Source: an uncultured Gemmatimonadales bacterium
GTDB taxonomy: Bacteria > Gemmatimonadota > Gemmatimonadetes > Gemmatimonadales > GWC2-71-9
Assembly (NCBI GenBank): GCA_963821525.1
Contig: CAWGED010000014.1
Coordinates: 1 to 64,000 of the forward strand
DNA length: 64,000 nucleotides
Direction of reading: 5' to 3'
In this document: in pieces, positions 30,903 to 41,428 of the stretch
How the letters are laid out: every line of letters begins with the position of its first letter
How positions within the stretch are numbered: the stretch's first letter is position 1
Translations under genes and position numbers: made by a program
Notes under the pieces: generated by a model
Told to the model about the DNA's origin: nothing
Seen by the model: the letters and a program-made list of their open reading frames with translations, nothing else
Database searches by the model: none

Positions 30903-30928
30903 CCCAAACCCTTACTGCTGGCTAAGTT
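30899..30928 (+). promoter_or_regulatory. Putative sigma70 promoter of rplM
   Basis: TTGACC-N18-TAAGTT. Confidence 0.5.
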
Positions 30929-30974
30929 TCAAGTCTGTGTGGTTTTTGGTCCATTCCACGTGACAGCAGGATTG

Positions 30975-31430
30975 ATGAACACCTTTTCCGCTAAGCCCAG
31001 GGACCTTGCCCACCAGTGGCATCTGGTCGACGCCGATGGCGTGCCACTCGGCCGCCTTGCGTCTCGGGTGGCCCAGCTCATTCGGGGTAAGCACAAGCCG
31101 ACCTTCACGCCGCATATGGACGGCGGCGATTTCGTGATCGTGATCAACGCCGAAAAAGTGAAGCTGACCGGGCGCAAGCTCGAGCAGAAGCGCCACTTCC
31201 GGCATACCGGCTACATGGGCCATGAGCGCTTCACTCCGGTCAAGAAGCTGATCGAGGGTGGCCGCCCCGAGCGAGTGATCGAGCACGCCGTGTTCGGCAT
31301 GCTGCCCAAGAATTCGCTGTCTCGCCAGAAGCTGCGGGGCAAGCTCAAGGTATACGCGGGTGAGAGTCACCCGCACGCGGCGCAGCAGCCCGCGGCCTAT
31401 TCCGTCACGCCTCTTCAGAGGAATGCATGA
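30975..31430 (+). CDS. rplM: 50S ribosomal protein L13
   Basis: WHLVDA..LGRLAS, GKHKPTFTPH, GMLPKN. Confidence 0.97.
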   Translation: MNTFSAKPRDLAHQWHLVDADGVPLGRLASRVAQLIRGKHKPTFTPHMDGGDFVIVINAEKVKLTGRKLEQKRHFRHTGYMGHERFTPVKKLIEGGRPERVIEHAVFGMLPKNSLSRQKLRGKLKVYAGESHPHAAQQPAAYSVTPLQRNA

Positions 31431-31828
31431 CCGCCACGCCTCAATTCCGTTGGCAGGCGGTGGGTCGCCGCAAGACGAGTGTCGCGCGGGTGTACCTCAC
31501 CCCCGGCACCGGCAAGTGGGATGTAAATGGACGGACCCTGGGTGATTACTTCCCCCGTCCTTCCCTGGTGCAGCACATCCAGCAGTCCTTCACCGCGACC
31601 GACACGCTCGGCGCCTTCGACGTGCGGGCGCTAGTCAATGGTGGTGGGCAGTCGGGACAGGCTGGTGCGCTGCGGCTCGCCATCGCCCGGGCGCTCGTCA
31701 CGGCTGACGGGCAGCATCGGATCAAGCTGCGGACCTCCGGCCTGCTGACCCGGGATCCGCGGGCGGTGGAGCGGAAGAAGCCGGGCCGCGCTGGCGCCCG
31801 GAAGCGGTTCCAGTTCAGCAAGAGATAG
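31427..31828 (+). CDS. rpsI: 30S ribosomal protein S9
   Basis: GRRKTSVARV, GGGQSGQAGA, RKRFQFSKR. Confidence 0.97.
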   Translation: MTATPQFRWQAVGRRKTSVARVYLTPGTGKWDVNGRTLGDYFPRPSLVQHIQQSFTATDTLGAFDVRALVNGGGQSGQAGALRLAIARALVTADGQHRIKLRTSGLLTRDPRAVERKKPGRAGARKRFQFSKR

Positions 31829-31835
31829 GAATCTC

Positions 31836-31894
31836 GTAGGGGCGACCCTCGTGGTCGCCTTATGCGACGGGCGACCACCAGGGTCGCCCCAAAC
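31836..31894. repeat. GTAG-type REP doublet (REPIN-like)
   Basis: GTAGGGGCGACCCTCGTGGTCGCC followed by the inverted copy GGGCGACCACCAGGGTCGCCCC. Confidence 0.75.
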
Positions 31895-31968
31895 CCACGC
31901 CGCGGGATTTCCGCCCGGGTGCCCTTCGGGGTCAGGCGGGAAGATGAACGCGGCGGACGATCAACCCC
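31891..31968 (+). ncRNA. rpsB 5' leader (t44/S2 autoregulatory RNA)
   Basis: CGCCGCG/CGCGGCG outer stem, GGGTGCC-TTCG-GGGT hairpin and terminal AACCCC directly upstream of rpsB. Confidence 0.7.
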
Positions 31969-31991
31969 AATTGAAAGACGGCAACATCCGC

Positions 31992-32867
31992 ATGGCACAG
32001 CCTCAGTTGCAGGACCTCCTCGAAGCAGGTGTTCACTTCGGGCATCAGACCCGGCGGTGGAACCCCAAGATGCGGCGCTTCATCTTCGCCGAGCGCTCAG
32101 GCATCTACATCATCGATCTCCAGAAGACGCTCCGGCAGATCATCCAGGCCCAGGAGCTCCTGAAGAGCGTGGTGCTCAAGGGCGAGGGAGTCCTCTTCGT
32201 CTGCACCAAGAAGCAGCTCAAGGGAATCGTGCAGGCCGAGGCGCAGGAGTGCGGCTCGTACTACGTGACCGAGCGCTGGCTGGGCGGCATGCTCACCAAC
32301 TTCCAGACCATCAAGAAGCAGCTGCGCCGGCTGCGGGAGCTGGAGCAGGGCGCCGCGGATGGCGAGTTCGAGAACTACACCAAGAAGGAAAAGCTCCTGT
32401 TCGAGCGGGAGCGGGAGAAGCTGAGCCGCAACCTGGAAGGCATCAAGCAGATGGGCCGGCTTCCCGGGGCGCTGTTCGTGGTGGATGCGAAGAAGGAAAA
32501 GATCGCGGTGCAGGAGGCCAACAAGCTTGGCATCCCGGTGGTCGCGATCGTGGACACCAACGCCGACCCCGACGTCATCACGGTTCCGATTCCGGGCAAT
32601 GACGACGCGATCCGCGCGGTTTCCCTGATCACCGGCGCGCTGAGCGAGATCATCAAGGAAGCCCGGGCGCAGAGCCCGATCCGCGAGGCCGCGGAGGATG
32701 CCGAGGCCGAGACCTACAGCACCGACGGCGGCACCGAAGGCGACGTGGATGCCGAGCGGCGCAAGCGCCGGCCGCGTCGTAAGCGTCGGCCGAAGCCGGA
32801 GGCGATTGCGGCTCGCTTGAAGCACGAGGAGCAGGCGCCCAGCCCGGCGGGCGAGCCGGAAGCGTAA
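31992..32867 (+). CDS. rpsB: 30S ribosomal protein S2
   Basis: LLEAGVHFGHQTRRWNPKM, RWLGGMLTNF, IPGNDDA. Confidence 0.97.
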   Translation: MAQPQLQDLLEAGVHFGHQTRRWNPKMRRFIFAERSGIYIIDLQKTLRQIIQAQELLKSVVLKGEGVLFVCTKKQLKGIVQAEAQECGSYYVTERWLGGMLTNFQTIKKQLRRLRELEQGAADGEFENYTKKEKLLFEREREKLSRNLEGIKQMGRLPGALFVVDAKKEKIAVQEANKLGIPVVAIVDTNADPDVITVPIPGNDDAIRAVSLITGALSEIIKEARAQSPIREAAEDAEAETYSTDGGTEGDVDAERRKRRPRRKRRPKPEAIAARLKHEEQAPSPAGEPEA

Positions 32868-32897
32868 GCCCGGCGGTGTTGGACCGCATACGAGTCG

Positions 32898-32933
32898 CCG
32901 CCGTCCGGCCCTCGGGCCAAGGACGGCGGTTTC
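32898..32933 (+). terminator. Hairpin/attenuator between rpsB and tsf
   Basis: CCGCCGTCC...GGACGGCGG followed by TTTC. Confidence 0.55.
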
Positions 32934-32957
32934 ACTATCACATCTGGAAAGCACGAC

Positions 32958-33832
32958 ATGAGCACGATGGCGATCTCAGCGAAGGATGTAGCCCAGCTCC
33001 GCGCCCGGACCGGCGCGGGCATGATGGATTGCAAGAAGGCCCTCGAGGAAGCGCAGGGCGACATGGACAAGGCCGCCGAAATCCTGCGCAAGAAGGGCAT
33101 CGCGAAGGCAGAGACCCGGACCGAGCGGACCGCCTCGCAGGGGCTGGTCGTGATCGATCCCGCGCCGGACGGGAAGTCCGCGGCGATGATCGAGCTGGAC
33201 TGCGAGACCGACTTCGTGGCCCGCACCTCCGATTTCATCGGGCTCGCCAAGGAACTTGGCAAGCACGCAGCGGCGCACGCGCCTTTCGGCGTGAACCCGG
33301 GCAGCGCGATCGACGCCCAGCCTTTCCAGCGGGAAGACCGTCGCCGAGGTCGTAAAGGCGATGTCGGGCAAGACCGGTGAAGCGATGAGCCTCAAGCGAG
33401 TCGCTCGGCTCGAGGCCAAGGACGGTGTCGTCGGCGCCTACCTGCATCACAACGGCCAGTCGGGCGCCCTGGTCGCGGTTGATGGTCCGCACAGCGAGGC
33501 GGTCTCCGAGCTGGCACGCGAGCTGGCCCTGCACGTGGCCTTCGCCGACCCGGCGGGAATCTCCGATGCCGATGTGCCGGCCGAGCTGGTAGAGCGGGAG
33601 CGACGGATCGCGGAAGAGCAGGTCGCGGCCGAAGGGAAAGCCCGAGAACATCCGGGCAAGATCGTCGAAGGAAAGGTCCGGAAGTTCCTGGCCGAGCGGA
33701 CTCTGATCGGGCCAGCCCTTCGTGCGGGATGACAAGAAGCCCGTCGCGGAGCTTGTAAAGGAAACCGCCGCGAAGACCGGGGCGCCGGTCACCGTTCGCG
33801 CCATCGCCCGCTTCCGGGTGGGAGAAGGCTGA
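32958..33832 (+). CDS. tsf: Elongation factor Ts; two frameshifts
   Basis: [16 protein letters not shown] and CETDFVA; continues in ORF 33361-33732 and a third frame. Confidence 0.93.
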
Positions 33833-34542
33833 TGCGACGGGCCTACGCCCGCGCGCTGCTCAAGCTTTCCGGGGAGGCGCTCGCCGGCGAGAAGGGATAC
33901 GGACTCGACTTCAAAGTGGTCGAGTCCTTCGCCGACGAGCTTCTCACGGTTCACGCTCGGGGAATTCAGCTGAGCCTCGTGGTGGGCGGCGGCAACATCC
34001 TTCGGGGAACCACTGCGAGCCGGCAGGGCCTGGACCGCGTCTCCGCCGATTACATGGGGATGCTGGCCACCGTCATCAACGCCCTCGCGGTGCAGGACAT
34101 CCTCGAGCGCAAAGGCGTCCAGACCCGGGTGATGACCGCGATTCGTATGGAATCGCTGGCCGAGCCCTACATCCGCCGCCGGGCGCTCCGCCACATGGAG
34201 AAGGGGCGCCTCGTTATCTTTGCTGGTGGAACCGGAAACCCCTATTTCTCGACTGATACCGCCGCCGTTCTCCGGGCATTGGAGATCGAGGCGGACTCGA
34301 TACTCAAAGGGACCAACGTGGACGGGGTGTTTACCGCGGACCCCAAGAAGGACCCCGCGGCGCGGCTCATTCCGGAGCTGACCTTCCAGGATGCCCTGGT
34401 GAACGGGTATGAGGTCATGGACCGGAGCGCCTTCGGTCTCTGCCAGACCAACAAGCTTCCGATCATCGTCTTCAACATGAACCAAGCCGGTAATCTCGAC
34501 CGCGTCCTGCGCGGCGAGCCGGTGGGGACGATCGTCCAATGA
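33832..34542 (+). CDS. pyrH: UMP kinase
   Basis: [25 protein letters not shown]. Confidence 0.97.
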   Translation: MRRAYARALLKLSGEALAGEKGYGLDFKVVESFADELLTVHARGIQLSLVVGGGNILRGTTASRQGLDRVSADYMGMLATVINALAVQDILERKGVQTRVMTAIRMESLAEPYIRRRALRHMEKGRLVIFAGGTGNPYFSTDTAAVLRALEIEADSILKGTNVDGVFTADPKKDPAARLIPELTFQDALVNGYEVMDRSAFGLCQTNKLPIIVFNMNQAGNLDRVLRGEPVGTIVQ

Positions 34543-35102
34543 GCACACCGAACAGCATTCCCGAGCTGGTCAAGCACGCCCGTGAACTGATGAACAAGGC
34601 GGTGGAGAACACTCGCAAGGAGTTCTCCGGCATCCGAAGCGGCAAGGCCACCACCTCGCTGCTCGACATCATCCGGGTGGAGGCCTACGGCAGCGAGGTC
34701 CCGCTCAATCAGGTCGGCATGGTGGCGGCTCCCGAGGCGCGGCTGCTCACCGTGCAGCCGTTCGACAAGTCCCTCGCTCCGGCCATCGAGAAGGCGATCC
34801 GCGAATCCGATCTGGGTCTGAACCCCGCCAGTCAGGGCGGGCTCATCCGGATCCCGATTCCGTCGCTCAACGAGGAGCGGCGCAAGGATCTGGTCAAGGT
34901 GATTCACAAGCTGGCCGAGGAGGGACGGGTCGCGGTGCGCCACGCCCGGGGCGAGGCGCACAACAAGGTGAAGAAGATGGAGAAGATCGCCGAGGACGAG
35001 CGGACTCGCGGGGAGAAGGAAATCCAGAAGCTCACCGACGATCACATCCGGCAGATCGATCAGCTGATCTCCGCCAAGGAAGCGGAGATCATGGAAGTCT
35101 GA
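34539..35102 (+). CDS. frr: Ribosome recycling factor
   Basis: [29 protein letters not shown]. Confidence 0.97.
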   Translation: MSTPNSIPELVKHARELMNKAVENTRKEFSGIRSGKATTSLLDIIRVEAYGSEVPLNQVGMVAAPEARLLTVQPFDKSLAPAIEKAIRESDLGLNPASQGGLIRIPIPSLNEERRKDLVKVIHKLAEEGRVAVRHARGEAHNKVKKMEKIAEDERTRGEKEIQKLTDDHIRQIDQLISAKEAEIMEV

Positions 35103-35106
35103 ACCG

Positions 35107-35847
35107 ATGGGTGAGGATCTGCTGTCGCAGTTGAAGCTGAACGGCGCGGTACCGGCTCACATTGCCATCATCATGGATGGGAATGGACGCTGGGCGAGAA
35201 AGCGGGCGCTCCCTCGTCCCCTGGGACACAAGGCCGGAATGAAGGCGGTGCGGGAGGCGGTGGAAGGAGCGCTCGCCGCCGGGGTAGAGGTGCTCACCCT
35301 GTTCGCATTCAGCCAGGAAAACTGGAGTCGTCCGGCGCCGGAAATCGACGCGCTGATGAGCCTGCTCCAGGAGTACATCGCGAACGAAATGGCCGAGCTG
35401 CGGCAGCAGGGCGTCTCGGTCCGCTTCCTGGGAGACCTGACCCGGCTGAGCCCGTCGGCGCTGCAGGCCGTGGATCGCCTGACTGGCGAGACCGCCAGCG
35501 GGGAGGCCCTCGCGCTGAACATCTGTATCTCCTACGGCTCCCGCGCCGAAATCACCCGTGCCGCCCGGATGCTCGCCGAGGACGTTGCGGCTGGCCGTAT
35601 CAAACCCAGTGAGATCGACGAAGAAGCGGTGAGCCGGCGGCTCTACACCGCCGCCTGGCCCGATCCCGACCTGCTGATCCGGACCTCGGGCGAGCTGCGG
35701 ATCTCCAACTTCCTCCTCTGGCAGCTGGCGTACGCCGAGCTGTACGTGACCCCGGTCCTGTGGCCCGATTTCACCCGCCGTCATTTGTTCGAGGCGATTC
35801 TCGACTTCCAGAAGCGGGACCGGCGATTCGGCAAGGTGTCGGTTTGA
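35107..35847 (+). CDS. uppS: Undecaprenyl diphosphate synthase
   Basis: HIAIIMDGNGRWA, RTSGELRISNFLLWQ. Confidence 0.97.
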   Translation: MGEDLLSQLKLNGAVPAHIAIIMDGNGRWARKRALPRPLGHKAGMKAVREAVEGALAAGVEVLTLFAFSQENWSRPAPEIDALMSLLQEYIANEMAELRQQGVSVRFLGDLTRLSPSALQAVDRLTGETASGEALALNICISYGSRAEITRAARMLAEDVAAGRIKPSEIDEEAVSRRLYTAAWPDPDLLIRTSGELRISNFLLWQLAYAELYVTPVLWPDFTRRHLFEAILDFQKRDRRFGKVSV

Positions 35848-35852
35848 AAACA

Positions 35853-35959
35853 GTGAGCGGTGAGCGGTGAGCGGTGAGCGGGCAGCACGGTCAGATCTGA
35901 GAAGCTCGCCGGGCGCGCGTGCAGTTCCCGCTTACCGCTCACCGCTCACCGCTTACCGC
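35853..35959. repeat. Inverted heptamer arrays (GTGAGCG)4 ... (CGCTYAC)4
   Basis: Left arm 35853-35880, right arm 35929-35959; fills the uppS-cdsA gap. Confidence 0.92.
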
Positions 35960-35968
35960 CCGTAGCGC

Positions 35969-36838
35969 ATGGCCTCCAATCTCTTCCAGCGCATCTCCTT
36001 CGCCGTTATCGCCATTCCCGTGGCGCTCGGCGTCGTCTGGTTCGGCGGTTGGCCGCTCGTCGGATTGCTCGCGATTGTCGGCGCGCTCGGGTCGAGGGAG
36101 TTGTTCGATTTCGCCCAGCGGCAACAGATCGCTCCGCTTTCGGCCTGGGGAATCGCTTCGGCCGCGGTCCTGCCGTTTCTCGTCTACCTCTCGATCATCA
36201 CGCCGGGAGGCTGGCTCGCGTTCCTGCTGGGTAACTCCTGGTTCCTCGCCGCGTTGTGGCTGGTCGCCACGCTCACGATTGCGCTGGCTCGTCGAACTCC
36301 CAGCGATCGGCCACTCGCCGTTACGGCCATCACCGTTTTCGCCGTTGGATACACCGCCGGACTCCCCGCCACGCTGCTCCCCATTCGGCATTTCACCGAG
36401 CCGGGTCGTTCCTGGGCCGGCGCGTGGCTGGTGTTCACACCACTCGTCATCACCTGGGTTTGCGATACCGCGGCGATGTTCGCCGGAAGGCTCATCGGTG
36501 GCCCCAAGCTCTGGCCGGCCATCAGTCCCGGCAAGACCTGGTCGGGCAGTGTGGCCGGAGTCGTGGCCGCGCTGGCGACGGTGCCGCTGCTCAACAGCCT
36601 GGTCCTGGAACGCCAGGGTATAGCTCTCCCGATCACCCAGGGACTGATCTTCGGGCTGATCCTCGGAATTGTCGGGCAGATTGGCGATCTTGCGGAGTCT
36701 CTCTTCAAGCGGGAAGTGGGTCTCAAGGATTCCTCGGCGATCATTCCGGGTCACGGAGGCATCCTGGACCGCTTTGATTCGCTCTATTTTGTGCTGCCGG
36801 TCTCGGCGGCGTTCTATCGCCTGGTCGGGATGATCTGA
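35969..36838 (+). CDS. cdsA: Phosphatidate cytidylyltransferase
   Basis: ISPGKTW, GDLAESLFKR..KDS..IPGHGGILDRFDS. Confidence 0.96.
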   Translation: MASNLFQRISFAVIAIPVALGVVWFGGWPLVGLLAIVGALGSRELFDFAQRQQIAPLSAWGIASAAVLPFLVYLSIITPGGWLAFLLGNSWFLAALWLVATLTIALARRTPSDRPLAVTAITVFAVGYTAGLPATLLPIRHFTEPGRSWAGAWLVFTPLVITWVCDTAAMFAGRLIGGPKLWPAISPGKTWSGSVAGVVAALATVPLLNSLVLERQGIALPITQGLIFGLILGIVGQIGDLAESLFKREVGLKDSSAIIPGHGGILDRFDSLYFVLPVSAAFYRLVGMI

Positions 36839-37972
36839 TGCGCCACCAGTCCAGGAACGACAACCAGCCTGCGAAGACACGGGGAGTCGCCATCCTCGGG
36901 TCTACCGGCTCGATCGGAAAGAGTGCGCTGGCGGTGATCGGCAGACAGCGCGATCACTTCCGGGTCGTGGCGTTGACCGCGCGGAGCAACGAAGCGGCGT
37001 TGGGCCGCCAGGTCGCGCAGTGGCAACCGGCTTATTCCGCCCTGGTGAGCAAGACGGGTCCCGAGGCTTTGGTCGAGGCGGCGACTCATCCCGATGTGGA
37101 CATCGTGCTCAACGCCGTGGTCGGCTCGGCAGGACTCGACGCGACTCTCGCGGCGCTTCGCGCCGGGAAACGGGTGGCCCTGGCCAACAAGGAAACGCTG
37201 GTCATGGCGGGCGACCTGGTGCGGGCAGCCGCCTGCGCCGGCGGCGGTGAATTGGTTCCCGTGGATTCGGAGCACAGCGCCGTCCTGCAATGTCTTCAAG
37301 GTCGGGAGACCGGCCTCGCGCGAGTGATCCTGACGGCGTCGGGCGGCCCCTTTCGCGAGTGGGAGCCGGACCGGATCCGAGCGGCGACGGTGCAGGAAGC
37401 GCTCAACCACCCGACCTGGAGCATGGGGAACAAGGTCACGGTGGACAGCGCGACCCTGGCCAACAAGGCGCTCGAGCTGATCGAGGCCCACCATTTCTTC
37501 GAACTGGGCTACGATACTCTCGACGTCGTGGTCCATCCCCAGAGCATCGTGCACGCTCTGGTTGAGTACTGTGACGGTAGCGTCATTGCCCAAATCGCCT
37601 TTCCCTCGATGGAACTGCCGATTCTCTATGCCCTCACCTATCCCACACGGCTCCCGGATCAGGGTGTCCGCCGGTTCGATCCGGTGCAGGCCGGTGTCCT
37701 CACCTTCGAGCCGGTGAGGAGCGATGTCTTCCGCGCGTATTCGGCAGGGCTTTCGGCGGGACGCGCCGGCGGGACTGCTCCTGCGGTGTTCAACGCCGCC
37801 AACGAAACCGCGGTGGCTGCATTCCTCGACGGACGAGTGCCGTTCGGCCGCATCTCCGATACGATCGAGCGAGTTCTCGATGAACATGCAGCCGGCACCC
37901 GCCGGTGATCTTGATACCGTGCGCGCCGCGGACCAGTGGTCCCGGGTCCGCGCCAGTGAGGTGTTGAAGTGA
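36838..37972 (+). CDS. dxr: 1-deoxy-D-xylulose-5-phosphate reductoisomerase; frameshift near the 3' end
   Basis: LGSTGSIG, LANKE, PVDSEH, LTASGGPF, HPTWSMG. Confidence 0.95.
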
Positions 37973-39333
37973 TCGTTTTCGAGTATCTCTGGCCCCTGGT
38001 CGTCACCCTCGGCGTGCTGATCTTCGTGCACGAAGCGGGGCATTTCATCGCGGCGAAGTGGGCGGGGATCTACGTGCATCGTTTCTCACTGGGCCTCGGT
38101 TCACCGATTCCCTGGCTCACCCGGAAGATCGGAGAAACCGAGTATTCGATCTCCTGGCTCCCGCTCGGCGGCTACGTGAAGATGGCGACCGCGGAGGAAG
38201 GAGCCGACAGCTCGGCGCTCGAGGGTGGCGCGTCGGAGATCGCGCACATACCGCCCGACCGGATGTTCGAGGCCAAACCGGTCTGGAAGCGGATGGTGGT
38301 CATTCTGGCCGGCGTCACCATGAACGTGGTGTTCGCCTGGTTCGCGTTTGTGTTTCTGGCGGCGAAAAACGGGGAGCAGATCGATCCGGTCACCAGGATC
38401 GGCGCCGTTACCGCGGACAGCCTGCCCCCTGGCGCTGAGGCCCTCGCCGCAATGCATCCGGGAGACAGCATCGTCGCGATCGACGACCAGCCGGTGCATT
38501 CGTGGAACGAAGTCCAGGAGTTGATCGGCTCCAGCTCCGGCGACTCGGTGGTCGTTCACCTGGCCGACGGGCGAGCGCTGCCGATTCACATTCATCCCGC
38601 AGCACTCGTGGATCGGGTGCGGGTCCTGAACGCCATCGCGCCGGCCCACCAGCCACTGGTCGAGACGGTCGAGAGTGGCCGGCCCGGCCACAAGGGCGGC
38701 TTGCTCCCCGGCGACACGATCCTGGCGCTCAACGATTCGCCGGTCGAGTCGCGCGACGTAGTCATACCCACGATCCGCAACAGCATCGGAACCCCTTTGA
38801 AGTTCCGGGTCGGGCGCGCGGGCGGACCGGTCGATCTCACGATCACGCCGGAAGCGGTGACCGAGGCGGGCAAGCAGGTGGGCAAGATCGGAGTCGCCTT
38901 CCGCGAGGCGGTCAACTGGGAACGCCGGCCTTACACTTTGAGTCAAGCCTTCGGCGCCGGTGCCCGGGCGACTCTCGCGGCATCCACCCAGATCGTGCGC
39001 ACCGTGCAGGGACTGCTCTCTGCCCGGATCTCCAGCCGCGAGGTCGGTGGTCCGATTCTGATCGGCCAGCTCGCCGCGCAGAGTGCGAGGCTCGGGTTCG
39101 ACACCTTCCTCGCCTTCATGGCGCTGATCTCGGTCAACCTCGCCATCCTCAACCTGCTTCCCATCCCGGTGCTGGATGGCGGGCAGTTCCTCTTCCTGCT
39201 GGCGGAGGTGGTGTTGCGTCGCCCGCCGTCGCTCAAGCTGCGAGAGCGGCTGACGCTTGTCGGTCTGGTGCTCATCGTCTCACTGATGGTCCTGGCGTTC
39301 TCAAACGACATTCGCCGGCTGATCGGCATCTAG
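37969..39333 (+). CDS. rseP: RIP metalloprotease RseP
   Basis: HEAGH, two PDZ domains, [11 protein letters not shown]. Confidence 0.95.
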   Translation: MIVFEYLWPLVVTLGVLIFVHEAGHFIAAKWAGIYVHRFSLGLGSPIPWLTRKIGETEYSISWLPLGGYVKMATAEEGADSSALEGGASEIAHIPPDRMFEAKPVWKRMVVILAGVTMNVVFAWFAFVFLAAKNGEQIDPVTRIGAVTADSLPPGAEALAAMHPGDSIVAIDDQPVHSWNEVQELIGSSSGDSVVVHLADGRALPIHIHPAALVDRVRVLNAIAPAHQPLVETVESGRPGHKGGLLPGDTILALNDSPVESRDVVIPTIRNSIGTPLKFRVGRAGGPVDLTITPEAVTEAGKQVGKIGVAFREAVNWERRPYTLSQAFGAGARATLAASTQIVRTVQGLLSARISSREVGGPILIGQLAAQSARLGFDTFLAFMALISVNLAILNLLPIPVLDGGQFLFLLAEVVLRRPPSLKLRERLTLVGLVLIVSLMVLAFSNDIRRLIGI

Positions 39334-39353
39334 TCGGGAAGGGTGACGCTGCT

Positions 39354-41282
39354 ATGGATCGGTGGAACGTCGCCGCCAAGGTAGCTGCGGCCTCGAGCGC
39401 GGTGCTGGCAGTAGGCCTGTTGCTCACGGGTTTCTTCGCCTGGCGGGCCACGGACCGGAAGGTGCTTGGGCTGCAGTTGCAACAGGCGAGCGCCCAGCTC
39501 GACGGGAATCTCGCTCTGGCCCGGGCCATGTTCGACCAGCGCTTTCCCGGTCCTTGGCGTCTGGTGGACGCCACCGGTGTGGAACCGCTCGTCGAGCTGT
39601 TTAACGGCAACGGCCGGCTTGATGGTTGGAGGACCCGCGAACGGCTGAGCGCCCACCTCTACAAGGGCGCGACGCCGATTCTGGGGAATCCCGACGTCGA
39701 GAGCCTGTTGCTCGAGCTGGACAGCCTCACCGGGATGGAGATGACGGTGGCGCAACGCATCCGGTCGCTGCCCTCTCCCGATTCCACGGTGGGAGACGCC
39801 CCGAACGGAAGGGCGCTTCGTCTGGTGACGACAGTGACCCGCGCCGACAGCATGGGCGTATTGCGCCGCGCCAACCTCACCATCATGCCGACCCGCAGCC
39901 CCGTCACTGGCCGGACCGTCGGAGCCGGGGCGGTCTTCGCTTCCGGCGTGGCCTATGGCGGAAGAGCGCTGGTCGCGGGACAGGATCGCTGGACCCGCTA
40001 CGAGCCGATCGTGAGCCCGGATCGCGGTGTCGTCGGCATCCTGTATGGCGGCATGCGCTTCGATCCCTTCGCGCAGGCGGCGCACAGCGCCTCGTGGGCG
40101 CTGGCGCGGACCTTTCTGGCGGTCGGCCTCGCGTCCGCGCTGGTCGCGATCGGGATCCTCTACCTGATCACCCGGAGATTGCTGCGGCCGCTCGGCGGAA
40201 TCGAGCAGGCCGCGGCTCGAATCTCTGCGGGCGATCTCTCATGCCGCAGCGGGATAAGCCAGGAGGATGAAATCGGCGTTCTGGCTCGCACCTTCGACGA
40301 GATGGCGAGCCAGCTCCAGACTCTGCACCACGGGATTCTCGCGACGACGGATCGGCTTTACCAATCCGCCCGGGGAGTGGACGAGGCTGCTACCGCCGCC
40401 GCGCACGCAACTCATCAGGTCTCCGATGCGGCCAGCGAGGTCTCCCGCGGATCAACCGAGATGAGTCAGAAGGCGGCCGAGGTGAACGAGCAGGTCACCG
40501 CGGTTCGCCGATACCTCGAGGCGATTGGCGAGAGGGTCGCGGCCGCCGTCGAGAAATCTCGGAGTGCTCGCAGCGTGGCGCAGCAGGGTCACATCGCCGC
40601 GTCGCAGGTGCTCGCGGCAGGGAATGATGTGCGGCAGACCGTCGCCGAGGCTTCCTCCGTGATGCGATCCCTCGGCGCTCAGGCCGACCGGATCAATCAG
40701 GTCGTCGAGTTCAGCAAGGAAGTCGCGATCCAGACCAACCTCCTTGCCCTCAACGCTGCGATCGAGGCCGCACGCGCGGGCGTGCATGGGCGCGGCTTCA
40801 GGGTCGTCGCCGCCGAGATCAAGACGCTGGCCAAAGAGACCAGAGAATCCTCGGACAGTATCGGCAAGCTGATCGCGGAAACCCGGGAGCAGATGGCGGC
40901 GGCGGTCGAGATGCTCGACCGGGTGGAGAAGGAGACCGAAGCCGGACTCGAGGCCGCCCGCAGCAACGATCAGGGATTCAGCCGTATCTCCGACTCGGTC
41001 GCCCTGGTCGTGGGCCGGATCGAAGAGATCAGTGAGGCGGCGGGCGGGGTGTCTCGCAGCATGGATCTGGTGAGCGAGGGAATCGAAGGTGTCGCCTCCT
41101 TTGCCCAACAGAGCGCGGCGGCCAGCGAGCAGGTCGCTGCACTCGCCGAGGAGCAGAGCACGACGCTCCGTGCGATCTCGGCGGAAGTTCACGGCCTTTC
41201 CGCTTTGGCCGGTGAACTCCAGCTCACGGTCAGCACGCCAAGCCGGGCGAGTACGACACAACCGGTCATCGAGACCGCGTAG
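39354..41282 (+). CDS. Methyl-accepting chemotaxis protein (Cache-like sensor, HAMP, MCP signal domain)
   Basis: Two TMs; HAMP ([13 protein letters not shown]); [25 protein letters not shown]. Confidence 0.92.
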   Translation: MDRWNVAAKVAAASSAVLAVGLLLTGFFAWRATDRKVLGLQLQQASAQLDGNLALARAMFDQRFPGPWRLVDATGVEPLVELFNGNGRLDGWRTRERLSAHLYKGATPILGNPDVESLLLELDSLTGMEMTVAQRIRSLPSPDSTVGDAPNGRALRLVTTVTRADSMGVLRRANLTIMPTRSPVTGRTVGAGAVFASGVAYGGRALVAGQDRWTRYEPIVSPDRGVVGILYGGMRFDPFAQAAHSASWALARTFLAVGLASALVAIGILYLITRRLLRPLGGIEQAAARISAGDLSCRSGISQEDEIGVLARTFDEMASQLQTLHHGILATTDRLYQSARGVDEAATAAAHATHQVSDAASEVSRGSTEMSQKAAEVNEQVTAVRRYLEAIGERVAAAVEKSRSARSVAQQGHIAASQVLAAGNDVRQTVAEASSVMRSLGAQADRINQVVEFSKEVAIQTNLLALNAAIEAARAGVHGRGFRVVAAEIKTLAKETRESSDSIGKLIAETREQMAAAVEMLDRVEKETEAGLEAARSNDQGFSRISDSVALVVGRIEEISEAAGGVSRSMDLVSEGIEGVASFAQQSAAASEQVAALAEEQSTTLRAISAEVHGLSALAGELQLTVSTPSRASTTQPVIETA

Positions 41283-41285
41283 GCG

Positions 41286-41301
41286 TGGCACACCGGGTGC
41301 A
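41286..41301 (+). promoter_or_regulatory. Putative sigma54 promoter
   Basis: TGGCAC-ACCGGG-TGCA with exact -24/-12 spacing, about 130 bp before the ABC ATPase. Confidence 0.55.
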
Positions 41302-41428
41302 AAGACGGGCGCTTCGTATCGTCCAGCGGCCATAAGGTGTTGACCCGAGTCATGTTCCGTCCGGACTGGCGCGCCAGATTGTCCCTGATGACATTTTGTC
41401 CCTCACGAGGAACCGCGAACTCCGCATC

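Noticed and set aside
38502..39353. 926-aa version of the MCP
   Set aside because: The N-terminal extension overlaps rseP out of frame; the likely start is the ATG at 39354 before TM1
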